From Caldisericia bacterium (GTDB lineage: Bacteria; Caldisericota; Caldisericia; JAAYUI01): a stretch of 64,000 nucleotides of DNA. Position 1 is the stretch's first letter. Each line of letters starts with the position of its first letter. Where the stretch lies: assembly GCA_017999835.1 (NCBI GenBank), contig JAGNLA010000003.1, forward strand, positions 30,292-94,291. The letters run 5' to 3'. A program made the translations under genes and the position numbers. Below the pieces are notes generated by a model. It did no database searches. It was not told where the DNA came from and saw nothing but the letters and a program-made list of their open reading frames with translations. Shown piece after piece: positions 35,467 to 45,174 of the stretch.

Positions 35467-37503
35467 ATGCGCAAACTTGTGCTCTCTCTTTTTGCATTTG
35501 CACTTGCACTTTCAGGTTGCGGGGAGATTCGGTTGACCGAAAAGGATGTTCCTCTTTGGCCAAGACAGGAAATCCTTGGTAGTGTGGGTGGTCCTCCAAT
35601 AATTAGCCCAAAATCTTACAGGGTTGCTTATCGCCAAACAAATAATGATGTGCTCAATGTCTGGGTGAAAGGCTTAAACGACGAAGATCGTCCCAAATGT
35701 GTAACAAATTCAAAAGACAGACCAATAATTAATTTTTATTGGGACTATACTGACAACATCCTCTACAGCAAGGATGCCAACGGTGATGAAAACTACCACA
35801 TCTACAGGGTTGATTTAGATAACGAGAAAGAAGTTGACCTCACTCCTGGAAAAGGGTTCAAGGCTACATTGATCGGAATGAGCCCAAAACATCCTGATGA
35901 AATTGTCATCATGATAAATGACAGGAACCCAGAGCTGTTTGATGTGAAAAAGATCAATTTGCTAAATGCCAAAACTGAATTGCTGTACAAAAACGTCGAC
36001 AATGTAATTGATATCATTTTAGACTCTGAACTTAGAATAAGAGCAGGCACGAGAACTCGGACTGATGGTGGTTTGGAGATTCTCAAGCGTACCAACGACA
36101 AATGGGAAGTCACGGAAAAACTGAGTTTTGAAGATGCTGAGTTAACCTACAATATAGGAATTAACCAATCTGACAGGTATCTTTACATGGTCAGCAGCAG
36201 CGATCGCAATACTTCGGCATTTTACAAAATTGACCTGTTGACATGGGAAAAACAGGTGATAGCAGAGGATTCAAAATCCGATGTCTTTGATTACTTGTTT
36301 ATGTCATCAACTGGTGATATCGCAGCTGTTGTTTTCAATTATGATAAAAAAAGCTGGAACGTTGTAGACCCTTCAGTAAAATCTGATCTTGACTACCTCT
36401 CTGGCTTCAAAGATGCAGATTTCAAGATAAACAGTATGTCTCTGTCTGACAAGTATTGGATTATCACGTACAATTCAGACATAGAATCTGATTATTACTA
36501 TTTGTATGATAGGGAGTCCAAGAAAATAAAACCCTTATATTCAAATCGTTATCAACTAAAGAAGGATCATCTGGCCAGGATGTACCCACGAGTTGTTCAA
36601 TCACGAGATGGTCTTGATCTTGTGTGCTACCTTTCATTGCCACCTTGGACTGATTCAGATCAAAATGGTGTACCTGAAAAACCCATTCCGATGGTGCTTT
36701 ACGTGCATGGAGGACCGCAAAGCAGGGAATACTGGAGTTACAACTCAATCCATCAGCTCCTTGCAAACCGTGGATATGCAGTCTTAAGCGTCAATTTCAG
36801 GGGATCATCTGGTTTTGGCAAGGATTTCCTCAACAAAGGCAATGGGCAATGGGGTGTTAAAATGCAAGATGACCTTATTGACGCTGTGGACTGGGCAATC
36901 AGTGAGAAAATTGCAGATCCAAAAAAGGTAGCAATTTTTGGTGGGAGTTATGGTGGTTATGCGTCATTGGTAGGAATGACTTTCACGCCTGAAAAGTTTG
37001 CTTGTGGCATTGATCTTGTTGGTATTTCTAACCTTGAAACTTTTCTAAAATCAACGCCAACTTACTGGAAACCTTATTATGAAATGAAAAAAAAACAAAT
37101 TGGGGGAGACCCTGACACCGAAGAGGGAAGAAAATATCTTGCCTCAAAATCACCAATCAGTTTTGTTGAAAACATTCGAAAGCCACTTCTGATAGCTCAT
37201 GGCTTGAATGATCCGAGAGTCAAGATCGCTGAATCTGAGCAAATTGTCAATGCCATGCAACAAAGGAACATTCCTGTAGTATATTGTTTGTTCCCCGATG
37301 AAGGGCATGGCTTTGGCAAATGGCAAAACAGTTTTGCTTTTTATGCCATTGTTGAGAACTTCCTTGCAAAAAACCTTGGAGGTAGGTATGAAGCCTTTTG
37401 GTATGACTCTTTTGATGGTTCAAGCATCCAAGTCAAAGCTGGAGAGGAGTTGTTTGAAGGGCTTGACAGGCTGTTGCCAAAGCCAAAACCATCAAAAAGA
37501 TAA
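35467..37503 (+). CDS. S9-family serine peptidase (prolyl oligopeptidase / dipeptidyl aminopeptidase-like) lipoprotein, copy 1
   Basis: Start ATG 35467 (GGAGG SD). Lipobox LALSGC. N-terminal beta-propeller region. Catalytic elbow GGSYGGYA (Ser), AHGLNDPRV (Asp), DEGHGF (His). Confidence 0.85.
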   Translation: MRKLVLSLFAFALALSGCGEIRLTEKDVPLWPRQEILGSVGGPPIISPKSYRVAYRQTNNDVLNVWVKGLNDEDRPKCVTNSKDRPIINFYWDYTDNILYSKDANGDENYHIYRVDLDNEKEVDLTPGKGFKATLIGMSPKHPDEIVIMINDRNPELFDVKKINLLNAKTELLYKNVDNVIDIILDSELRIRAGTRTRTDGGLEILKRTNDKWEVTEKLSFEDAELTYNIGINQSDRYLYMVSSSDRNTSAFYKIDLLTWEKQVIAEDSKSDVFDYLFMSSTGDIAAVVFNYDKKSWNVVDPSVKSDLDYLSGFKDADFKINSMSLSDKYWIITYNSDIESDYYYLYDRESKKIKPLYSNRYQLKKDHLARMYPRVVQSRDGLDLVCYLSLPPWTDSDQNGVPEKPIPMVLYVHGGPQSREYWSYNSIHQLLANRGYAVLSVNFRGSSGFGKDFLNKGNGQWGVKMQDDLIDAVDWAISEKIADPKKVAIFGGSYGGYASLVGMTFTPEKFACGIDLVGISNLETFLKSTPTYWKPYYEMKKKQIGGDPDTEEGRKYLASKSPISFVENIRKPLLIAHGLNDPRVKIAESEQIVNAMQQRNIPVVYCLFPDEGHGFGKWQNSFAFYAIVENFLAKNLGGRYEAFWYDSFDGSSIQVKAGEELFEGLDRLLPKPKPSKR

Positions 37504-37620
37504 GTAATATCCTTCTCCAGGGGAAACTGCCCTTGTTGAACGTTTTTTGATTTCTTTGTTCAATGGCTATAATTGGGATAAACTTATTTAGCTTGTTTAT
37601 GTCCAAACTTTGGAGGAATT

Positions 37621-39675
37621 TTGAAGAGATTGAGATTATTGTTGGTTGCCACAATCTTGTTGCTTGCAAATTGTGGCAGGACAAACACGAGTGGCTGGCT
37701 GACCGAGGAAAACGTACCTATCATTCCAAGAAACATTGTTTTGACCAGAACAAGTGGAGAACCAAAAATAAGTCCAGATGGCACCAGGGTTGCCTGGCTG
37801 GCAGTGTCGGAAAAATACACCAACGTTTGGGTCGGAGATATTGACAAGTTTTCCGAAGACAAGCCAGTGTCAAACACAAAAGATGGTCCGGTTTTTGATT
37901 TTGAATGGGACTATTCAAACAACATAATTTATTACAAGGACACCAATGGGGATGAAAACTATCATCTTTACAGGGTTGACCTGACAAAACACACGGAAAA
38001 AGATCTGACTCCAGGGAAAGGGCTGAAGGCCTCTATTCTTTCCTTTAGTCAGAAGTATCCAAAAGAAATGGCAATTCTTATAAACGACAGGGACAGCCAG
38101 ATGCAAGATGTGAAAAAAGTGAATCTTGACACCGGCAAAACCGAAGTGCTCTACAAAAACGTGGACAACGTTATGGCACGGGTGGATTCCGAGTTTAAAG
38201 TCAGACTCGGTACCAGATACACGCCTGACGGCGGAAAAGAACTTCTGAGGTACAGCAACAACAAATGGGATGTTGTTGAGAAGGTTGGCAATGAGGATGA
38301 AAAGACAACTGATATCTTTTGCATCGCAAAAAACGACAAGTATGCCTACATGACCGATGGCCTGGGCAGGGACACTGCTGCTGTGTACAAGGTTGAGATT
38401 GACACCTGGAACAAGCAATTGGTTGCGCAAGACCCCAAGGTTGACGTTTCAGACTGTATTTTTTGGGCAAAAACCGATGAAATTGCAGCTGTCAGCTTTG
38501 ACTACGACAGGCAGCGCTGGCAGCTTGTTGACCCTTCGGCGCAAAAGGATATTGAATACTTGTCAAACTTCAAAAAAGGTCATTTCTATGTGAAAAGCCA
38601 GACGCCTGACGACAAAAAATGGGTGGTGATGTTTGAGTCTGACGTGGAACCTGCCCGATATTATATTTATGACACGTGGGCAAGATACGCCAGGCTCTTG
38701 CTTGCCAGCAACACCGTTGTTGACAAGTTCCATCTGGCAAAGATGCATCCAAGAATAATCAAATCCAAGGATGGGCTTGACCTGGTTTCCTATCTGTCGC
38801 TGCCACCCTGGTCAGACAATGACAACGATGGAATCCCTGACTTGCCGTTGCCAATGGTTATCAACGTTCATGGTGGACCGGCAACAAGAGTCAGCTGGGG
38901 TTTCAACGGTTTGCATCAGTTTTTTGCCAACCGGGGCTATGCTGTTCTTAGTGTCAATTTCAGGGGGTCTTTCGGATTTGGCAAAAAATTTCTGAACTGG
39001 GGCAATGGCGAGTGGGGCGGACGAATGCAGGAAGACATCAATGATGCAATGGACTGGGCTATCGCCCAAAAAATTGCGATACCGGCAAAAGTCTGCATCT
39101 ATGGCGCAAGCTACGGTGGTTATTCGGTACTTGCCGGAATAACGTTCACACCTGAAAGGTTTGCCTGCGGCGTGGATTTAGTTGGAATTTCGAACCTGAC
39201 AACGTTCCTCCGGTCGATTCCTCCCTATTGGAAACCTTATTACAGATCACTGATAAAACAGGTTGGTGGAGACCCAGACACGGAAGCTGGAAAAATAATC
39301 CTGAAATCAAAATCGCCAATAAATTATGTGGACATGATCCAAAGACCTTTGCTGATAGCTCACGGATTCAATGACGCTCGGGTAAAGGTCACAGAATCCG
39401 AAGAGATTGTCAAAGCCATGCAAAAGAAAAACATCCCAGTCGTCTATTGTCTGTACTCCGATGAAGGTCACGGATTCAGAAGATGGCAGAACTCCCTCTC
39501 TTTTTATACAATTGTTGAGGATTTCCTAGCAAAAAACCTTGGTGGAAGAGTTCAAAAAATGAAAGCAGAGGACTTTGAGAATTCAAGCATAGATGTGAAA
39601 GCTGGCAAAGAGTATTTCGAAGGCTTGGATCAACTTTTGCCACTCAAACCACTTGACTCGATAAAGGACAAATAA
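37621..39675 (+). CDS. S9-family serine peptidase lipoprotein, copy 2 (tandem paralog)
   Basis: TTG start with a GGAGG SD. Lipobox LLANC. GASYGGYS, AHGFNDARV, DEGHGF. Collinear similarity to copy 1 along the whole length (e.g. NYHIYRVDL/NYHLYRVDL, LSVNFRGSSGFGK/LSVNFRGSFGFGK). Confidence 0.85.
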   Translation: MKRLRLLLVATILLLANCGRTNTSGWLTEENVPIIPRNIVLTRTSGEPKISPDGTRVAWLAVSEKYTNVWVGDIDKFSEDKPVSNTKDGPVFDFEWDYSNNIIYYKDTNGDENYHLYRVDLTKHTEKDLTPGKGLKASILSFSQKYPKEMAILINDRDSQMQDVKKVNLDTGKTEVLYKNVDNVMARVDSEFKVRLGTRYTPDGGKELLRYSNNKWDVVEKVGNEDEKTTDIFCIAKNDKYAYMTDGLGRDTAAVYKVEIDTWNKQLVAQDPKVDVSDCIFWAKTDEIAAVSFDYDRQRWQLVDPSAQKDIEYLSNFKKGHFYVKSQTPDDKKWVVMFESDVEPARYYIYDTWARYARLLLASNTVVDKFHLAKMHPRIIKSKDGLDLVSYLSLPPWSDNDNDGIPDLPLPMVINVHGGPATRVSWGFNGLHQFFANRGYAVLSVNFRGSFGFGKKFLNWGNGEWGGRMQEDINDAMDWAIAQKIAIPAKVCIYGASYGGYSVLAGITFTPERFACGVDLVGISNLTTFLRSIPPYWKPYYRSLIKQVGGDPDTEAGKIILKSKSPINYVDMIQRPLLIAHGFNDARVKVTESEEIVKAMQKKNIPVVYCLYSDEGHGFRRWQNSLSFYTIVEDFLAKNLGGRVQKMKAEDFENSSIDVKAGKEYFEGLDQLLPLKPLDSIKDK

Positions 39676-39777
39676 AAAAGAACTGCAGAACAAACTTAGT
39701 CTTCAAGCGGATTTCGTAATGTTTGCAATCATTCATGTTTGTGTTATAATTCTGCCACTTGATTCAAGAGGTGGAAC

Positions 39778-40980
39778 ATGAGAAGGACTATTGTTGGGGT
39801 TATTGTTGCTGCATTATTGCTTGCTCAGATACCCATAATCAATTCAAAACTGGCTGTTGCTTCAGATAAATTATCTTACAACAAGGTTTGGGAAACTAAA
39901 GCAGAAGACAGGATTTCTTTCAAACCAGCCATTGCTGAAGATGGAAGCATGTATGGCGTTTGTAGTGACAAAAATAGCGAATATCTGAATAAATTAATCA
40001 AAGTCAAAGACGGTGCTGTTGTTTGGGAGAGCGAAGAAGAGGTTGGATCAGAAACTTTTTTTGTTGATAAAATCATGCTGGCGGACAACCTCGTCATTTC
40101 CGCTGGATTGTCATCACCAGACGATGACTCCGCCCAGTTGCTTTTTGTCTGCTACAACACTGATGGCAAGAAGTTGTGGGACAAGCAATATGGTCTCTCA
40201 ACGGTTCTCCCATCATATGAACTTCACAACAAAAATATCTGGATGATTTTTGACAATAGTGTCAGAGTGATTGACGCCAAAACTGGCGAAGAGACCCACA
40301 AAATTGATCTAGAATCTGCAAATACCCAGCCTTCGCCCAATGGTGAAGGCGATGACGATGATGTTGGCATTGAAGATTTTCAACTCTATTTCCTTTCGTT
40401 CTCTGGCAATACGCTTTTGATAAACCAGCTCTACAAAATAAGAGCGTATGATGTTGCCGAAGACTTCACTTTAAAACTCAAATGGCAGAAAGATTTTGAT
40501 GAAGACGATTGGGGGATGATGTTTCTTAATATGCTTTTGGGAGCTCAAGCCAACCAAGATGTGCTTATTGCCGCCGACTCTGAAGCAAGCATTAAATGTT
40601 TCAATCCCAATACCGGCGAGGAAATGTGGACGCTGGATTTTGGAGACTCATTTTTGGCTCTCTTCATGTACGACCAAAGCCATATGATAATGATGAGTTT
40701 GACCGGCACCAGCTGTTTTGATGTCAAAACGAAAAAACTTCTTTGGCAAAAGGACAGTCTTTTGTTTCCAAGAGTTATGGATAAAGACGTGTTTGTAACC
40801 GTTGGGTCAATTGAAAACTTGAACCTGGAAGATGGGGTTGAAGTTTTTGATATCAATAATGGAGAAAAACTCTGCCAGATTGATGAAAAAGGAGTGAGTG
40901 ACATCCTGGTTTCTGGGGATAATCTCTATATAATAAAAACCAATCAGATTTCCATGTATTCAAAATCTGTTGCCAAATGA
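39778..40980 (+). CDS. secreted PQQ-like beta-propeller repeat protein (third paralog)
   Basis: Signal peptide MRRTIVGVIVAALLLAQIPIINS. Repeats GAVVWESEEEVG, GKKLWDKQYG, GEETHKID, LKWQKDFD, GEEMWTLDFGD, KKLLWQKDS. GAGGTGG SD. Lower GC than its neighbours. Confidence 0.75.
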   Translation: MRRTIVGVIVAALLLAQIPIINSKLAVASDKLSYNKVWETKAEDRISFKPAIAEDGSMYGVCSDKNSEYLNKLIKVKDGAVVWESEEEVGSETFFVDKIMLADNLVISAGLSSPDDDSAQLLFVCYNTDGKKLWDKQYGLSTVLPSYELHNKNIWMIFDNSVRVIDAKTGEETHKIDLESANTQPSPNGEGDDDDVGIEDFQLYFLSFSGNTLLINQLYKIRAYDVAEDFTLKLKWQKDFDEDDWGMMFLNMLLGAQANQDVLIAADSEASIKCFNPNTGEEMWTLDFGDSFLALFMYDQSHMIMMSLTGTSCFDVKTKKLLWQKDSLLFPRVMDKDVFVTVGSIENLNLEDGVEVFDINNGEKLCQIDEKGVSDILVSGDNLYIIKTNQISMYSKSVAK

Positions 40981-41177
40981 TGGCAAAATATTGAAACACT
41001 AAAGACAGATATAAATCAATCATCACAGGCGTTGCCTTTGGCTAATCTGTTGTTTGTTGATAGACAAAGGCAACCCTGCTAATATCACAACCTGTCCAAT
41101 CATGCGTGGCTCCTGTGAGTGCCAGCCGACCACACATCAAAAAAATCTGAGTTATTCAGGAATTGGATGGTTTGTCT

Positions 41178-42122
41178 ATGAGCGCAAAGGAAAAAGTTGT
41201 AATCGCTGTTGGTGGCAATTCGCTACTTTTACCAGGCATGAACATGACGGTTGCCAACCAGAGAAACGCAGTCTGGGAGACGGCTTTCAGTGTTGCATCC
41301 ATTGCAGCCGATGGTTATAAAGTTATCATCTCTCATGGTAATGGGCCTCAAGTCGGACTGGTCATGAGGAGATCGGAACTGGCAAAATCTGAGATAGCAG
41401 AAACGACACTTGATTATGCTGTCGCTGAAACACAGGGCGGCATCGGCTACCAACTCCAGCAAGCGCTTCAGGACGAGCTTGCAAAGCGTGGTATTCATGA
41501 AATGGTACTCACTGTTGTCACTCAATGTGAGGTTTCGTCATCAGACCCAGGTTTCAAAAGTCCAACAAAACCAATCGGAAGCTTTATGGACAAGGAAACC
41601 GCCCTCAAAATGAAGGATCTCATGGGCTGGAATGTTGTCGAGGATTCAGGCAGGGGCTGGAGAAGAGTTGTTGCCTCGCCATGGCCAAAGTCAATCATCG
41701 AAGCAGAAGCCATCAAATTTCTCGTGGAAAACAACGCAATCGTCATCGCCTGCGGTGGCGGTGGAATCCCGGTAGTCAAGTCCGCAGAAGGCTTGGCAAG
41801 CATCGAAGCTGTTATAGATAAAGACAGAGCCTCAGCCGTGCTTGCCCTTGAGGTTAAGGCAGATATACTGCTCATATCGACAGCTGTCCCAAAGGTTTAC
41901 ATCAACTTTGGCAAGCCTGACCAGAAGGCGCTTGACGTGGTAAACCTAGAGACCGCTCAAAGATATATGGATGAAGGTCATTTTGCAAAAGGGTCAATGG
42001 GCCCAAAGGTCGAAGCTGCTGCTCATTTCATCAAAAATGGTGGAAAGAAAGCAGTCATCACCGATCCTGGTCACATCAAAAAAGCCCTTGCAGGAGAGGC
42101 AGGAACGATAATAGTTCCATGA
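41178..42122 (+). CDS. arcC: carbamate kinase
   Basis: MSAKEKVVIAVGGNSLL...IISHGNGPQVG (carbamate kinase signature)...IACGGGGIPV; ~314 aa. No arcA/arcB adjacent. The ORF track's TTG at 41163 is a less likely start. Confidence 0.8.
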   Translation: MSAKEKVVIAVGGNSLLLPGMNMTVANQRNAVWETAFSVASIAADGYKVIISHGNGPQVGLVMRRSELAKSEIAETTLDYAVAETQGGIGYQLQQALQDELAKRGIHEMVLTVVTQCEVSSSDPGFKSPTKPIGSFMDKETALKMKDLMGWNVVEDSGRGWRRVVASPWPKSIIEAEAIKFLVENNAIVIACGGGGIPVVKSAEGLASIEAVIDKDRASAVLALEVKADILLISTAVPKVYINFGKPDQKALDVVNLETAQRYMDEGHFAKGSMGPKVEAAAHFIKNGGKKAVITDPGHIKKALAGEAGTIIVP

Positions 42123-43402
42123 TAAGACACATCGCGGTAAGCATCGACGGACCTGCGGCTTCAGGCAAAAGCGCAGTCGGACAGATTGTTGCGCGCAAGC
42201 TTGGAGCAAATTTTCTCGACTCTGGCAAACTCTATCGCGTGGCTGCTCTCTCGTCTCAAAAAACAGGACTAAAGCTTCCTGAACTCCTTGAGGCAACCCA
42301 CCTGGAAATGAAGGGTTCGAAGTTCATCCTCAATGGTGAGGATGTTTCAGGCCAGCTTGATTCAGTAGAAATTGGAGAACTTGCCTCCCAGTTGTCGGTT
42401 GACCCGCTCTTGCGTGAATGGGTCAACAAGACCATCAGGGAACTGGCAATAAACGAATCAATCATCGTTGCCGGCCGTGACATTGGAACTGTAGTTCTCC
42501 CAGAGGCAAGAGTGAAGATTTACCTTGACGCTTCACTTGAGCAGAGGGCAAAACGACGATTCATTGATGTCAGAAAGAAACAATCATACGAGTCGATTCT
42601 GGAAGCCTTGAAAAAAAGGGATGCAAGGGATTCCGGTCGTGACGTTGCTCCACTTAAACCGGCGGATGACGCAACAATCATTGATAGCACAAACATTTCC
42701 AGAGCCCAGGTCGTCAAGCTGATTTACAAACTTGTCAAAACTGAGCTGGACAAAGTAAAACTGACCTGGTGGTGGAGGTTTTCATACTGGGTTTGCATAA
42801 ATATTGCCAGGAAATATTGGAATATAAAAATCTTTGGCAAAGGTAATGTTCCGTCAAAAGATGCAGCAATAGTTGTTTGTAACCACACCTCCATTTTTGA
42901 TGTGTTTTATCTCGGTCTTGCAATGCCAAGGATGGGATATTTCCTTGCCAAGGCTGAACTGTTCAAGATACCGGTTATCAGCTGGTGTGTTCGCGGATAT
43001 GGAGCTGTACCGGTCAGAAGAGGCCTTGCCAGCAAAGATGTGGTTAAAGGCATTGATGGTGTACTCAAGGCTGGCAAATGTTTTATCATCTACCCAGAAG
43101 GAACACGCTCCAAAACTGGTCTTTTAAGTGGTCACTACCATCTTGGCGCTGCCATGTTTGCCCATAGGGCAAAAGTGGACATAATCCCTGTTGGCATCAA
43201 TGGTGCTTTTGAAATTTTGCCTTTTGGAAGAAAATGGCCAAAACGTGGCAATTTGGTTGTCAAAGTTGGCAAACCGATAACCTGGGATAAGAACGCAAAA
43301 GGATCACGCAACCTGTTTGAGACGATCACTACAGATGCCATGAGAGAGGTTGCTACCTTGAGTGGCCAACCGTTTAAGGAACCTGATTTTAGTAACGATT
43401 GA
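42119..43402 (+). CDS. cmk: apparent bifunctional fusion: cytidylate kinase (N-terminal ~215 aa) + 1-acyl-sn-glycerol-3-phosphate acyltransferase (PlsC-like, C-terminal ~200 aa)
   Basis: N-terminus IAVSIDGPAASGKSAVGQIVARKLGANFLDSGKLYR (Cmk P-loop) ...GRDIGTVVLP. A hydrophobic linker (LTWWWRFSYWVCINI) leads into the acyltransferase motifs CNHTSIFD (H-x4-D), GAVPVRR and IYPEGTRS. One continuous 427-aa ORF. Confidence 0.7.
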   Translation: MIRHIAVSIDGPAASGKSAVGQIVARKLGANFLDSGKLYRVAALSSQKTGLKLPELLEATHLEMKGSKFILNGEDVSGQLDSVEIGELASQLSVDPLLREWVNKTIRELAINESIIVAGRDIGTVVLPEARVKIYLDASLEQRAKRRFIDVRKKQSYESILEALKKRDARDSGRDVAPLKPADDATIIDSTNISRAQVVKLIYKLVKTELDKVKLTWWWRFSYWVCINIARKYWNIKIFGKGNVPSKDAAIVVCNHTSIFDVFYLGLAMPRMGYFLAKAELFKIPVISWCVRGYGAVPVRRGLASKDVVKGIDGVLKAGKCFIIYPEGTRSKTGLLSGHYHLGAAMFAHRAKVDIIPVGINGAFEILPFGRKWPKRGNLVVKVGKPITWDKNAKGSRNLFETITTDAMREVATLSGQPFKEPDFSND

Positions 43403-43480
43403 TATTGGAATAATCAACATTTTATCAAATAGGTAAATTATTACCTGAATAAGCTTTCTATTTAACCATTGGAAGGTATC

Positions 43481-44023
43481 ATGTCATTAATGAAAAAAAT
43501 TTGCATTACATTGATGCTCGTTGTGTCCTTTGCCGGATGTGGTCAGAACAATCTTCCTGTTGTCAGACCAGAGTCAGTTAATTTCCCTGTTCTTTCTGCG
43601 ATCGGCGATAAGATCAGTGATGTCTACAGTTTCTCCTGGCTCAACCCAAATGGTACGACAGGAACATGGAAGCCAACCAAGAAAACACTCATGTCATTCT
43701 GGATTTACGGATGCGCTTCGTGTCTGCCGGAAATCACGGCCATTGAGGAGTTTTCAAAGCAAACAAAACTCGACATTGTGGTTGTGAATCTGAATAAAAC
43801 CAAAGACATTCCTCTACTTTCCGATATGATCAACCAACTTGATGAACCGCTCACAGTAACAATGATTCTCGATCCTGGGTCGGATATTAGCAGACTGTAC
43901 GGTGTATCGACCGTTCCCGATGCCATGGTTATTGACGGGAATGGTAGAATATTGGCAAGACAAAAAGCAAGAATTGATTTGGATACTCTCGTAATGCTCG
44001 AGAAACGTTCGGAGGAAGAATGA
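43481..44023 (+). CDS. TlpA/ResA-like thiol-disulfide oxidoreductase lipoprotein (thioredoxin fold, CxxC)
   Basis: Lipobox LVVSFAGC; redox motif WIYGCASCLPE; ~180 aa. Stop overlaps the start of the ABC permease (ATGA). Confidence 0.7.
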   Translation: MSLMKKICITLMLVVSFAGCGQNNLPVVRPESVNFPVLSAIGDKISDVYSFSWLNPNGTTGTWKPTKKTLMSFWIYGCASCLPEITAIEEFSKQTKLDIVVVNLNKTKDIPLLSDMINQLDEPLTVTMILDPGSDISRLYGVSTVPDAMVIDGNGRILARQKARIDLDTLVMLEKRSEEE

Positions 44024-45174
44024 AACTGATTATTATTGCATTCAGAAATCTCCGTCAGAGACTTGCAGGATTTATTGCTGCAGCGATAGCCATAACGCTT
44101 GCTTCCACAATATTGTTGCTTGCGATTGGTTTCTGGGGAGGGTACGACAACGCCCTGTCGTCTAATGTTGATGATATAGGAGCAAACATCCTTGCAATAC
44201 CAAAAGGTTGTCCTTATGAGGCAACAGGTGTTTTGCTGGCTGGTGGAAACATGAAATACACCATAACACAGGACAAGTTTGATGCTGCGCTCAAGGTGCC
44301 AGGTGTCAAGGCAGTTTCTGGTGTGATAATGGGTGTTCGCAACGTCAAGGGGAACGGTCACGACAAAGGCCATGTCACTCTTGGAGTGGACGACAACTAT
44401 TTCAAGATGCGCCCACAGCTTGGTATCAAGGAAATTCTAAAACCAGGCGAGGTCATCGTTGGCTACTTCATGCACAAGAACATTCCGTTCAAGGTTGGCG
44501 ATGAGCTGCTTCTAAACGGTGAAAAACAAAAAGTGGTCAATTTCCTCCCCGAACTCGACACAGCAAACGAAACCAGTGTCGTAGTGGACATCAAAACCGC
44601 CTGGAGAATGCTCAAGGCAGATGGATACTACTCAACGATCATGATTGCTGTCGATGATCCTGCAAAATCCGATGAAGTAGCAAAAAAACTCTCCGAGATC
44701 CCAGATTTGCAGGTTGTCACAATGGACGATTTCCAGGCTACCGTGAAGGATTTTGTCAAAGGTGCGCAGATTGCCATCATGTCGGTATTGGCAATTATTC
44801 TTATAATTGCGGGTATGGGTATATTAACTGCCCAGGCAAGTTCTGTGGCAGCCAGAAAAGCTGAAATAGGCATGATGAGAGCGATCGGAGCAACATCTGG
44901 TCAGGTCGTTGCCATGACTGCCTTTGAATCGATGATAACAGGATTGATAGGTTCTGCTGTAGGTGTTACTGCAGGCGTATTGCTGGCGCCGGTCGCAAGC
45001 AATCTTATCAAATCCCAGCTTCCACAGTCGCCAACAGGCTCAATTGTTGTGGTGACATGGTTGGGAGCAGTGTTGACAGTGCTTGCCGGAATGATTATTG
45101 CTGTGATTGCAGGATTGGCTCCAGCACTTTCGGCAGCCCAAACAAAGCCAACGGAGGCGGCACAGGATGAGTGA
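44020..45174 (+). CDS. ABC transporter permease, FtsX/MacB-LolCE family (4-TM with a large periplasmic loop)
   Basis: N-terminal TM FIAAAIAITLASTILLLAIGFW; ~200-aa periplasmic domain; three C-terminal TM helices with the conserved ...GMMRAIGAT... segment. Confidence 0.8.
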   Translation: MKLIIIAFRNLRQRLAGFIAAAIAITLASTILLLAIGFWGGYDNALSSNVDDIGANILAIPKGCPYEATGVLLAGGNMKYTITQDKFDAALKVPGVKAVSGVIMGVRNVKGNGHDKGHVTLGVDDNYFKMRPQLGIKEILKPGEVIVGYFMHKNIPFKVGDELLLNGEKQKVVNFLPELDTANETSVVVDIKTAWRMLKADGYYSTIMIAVDDPAKSDEVAKKLSEIPDLQVVTMDDFQATVKDFVKGAQIAIMSVLAIILIIAGMGILTAQASSVAARKAEIGMMRAIGATSGQVVAMTAFESMITGLIGSAVGVTAGVLLAPVASNLIKSQLPQSPTGSIVVVTWLGAVLTVLAGMIIAVIAGLAPALSAAQTKPTEAAQDE

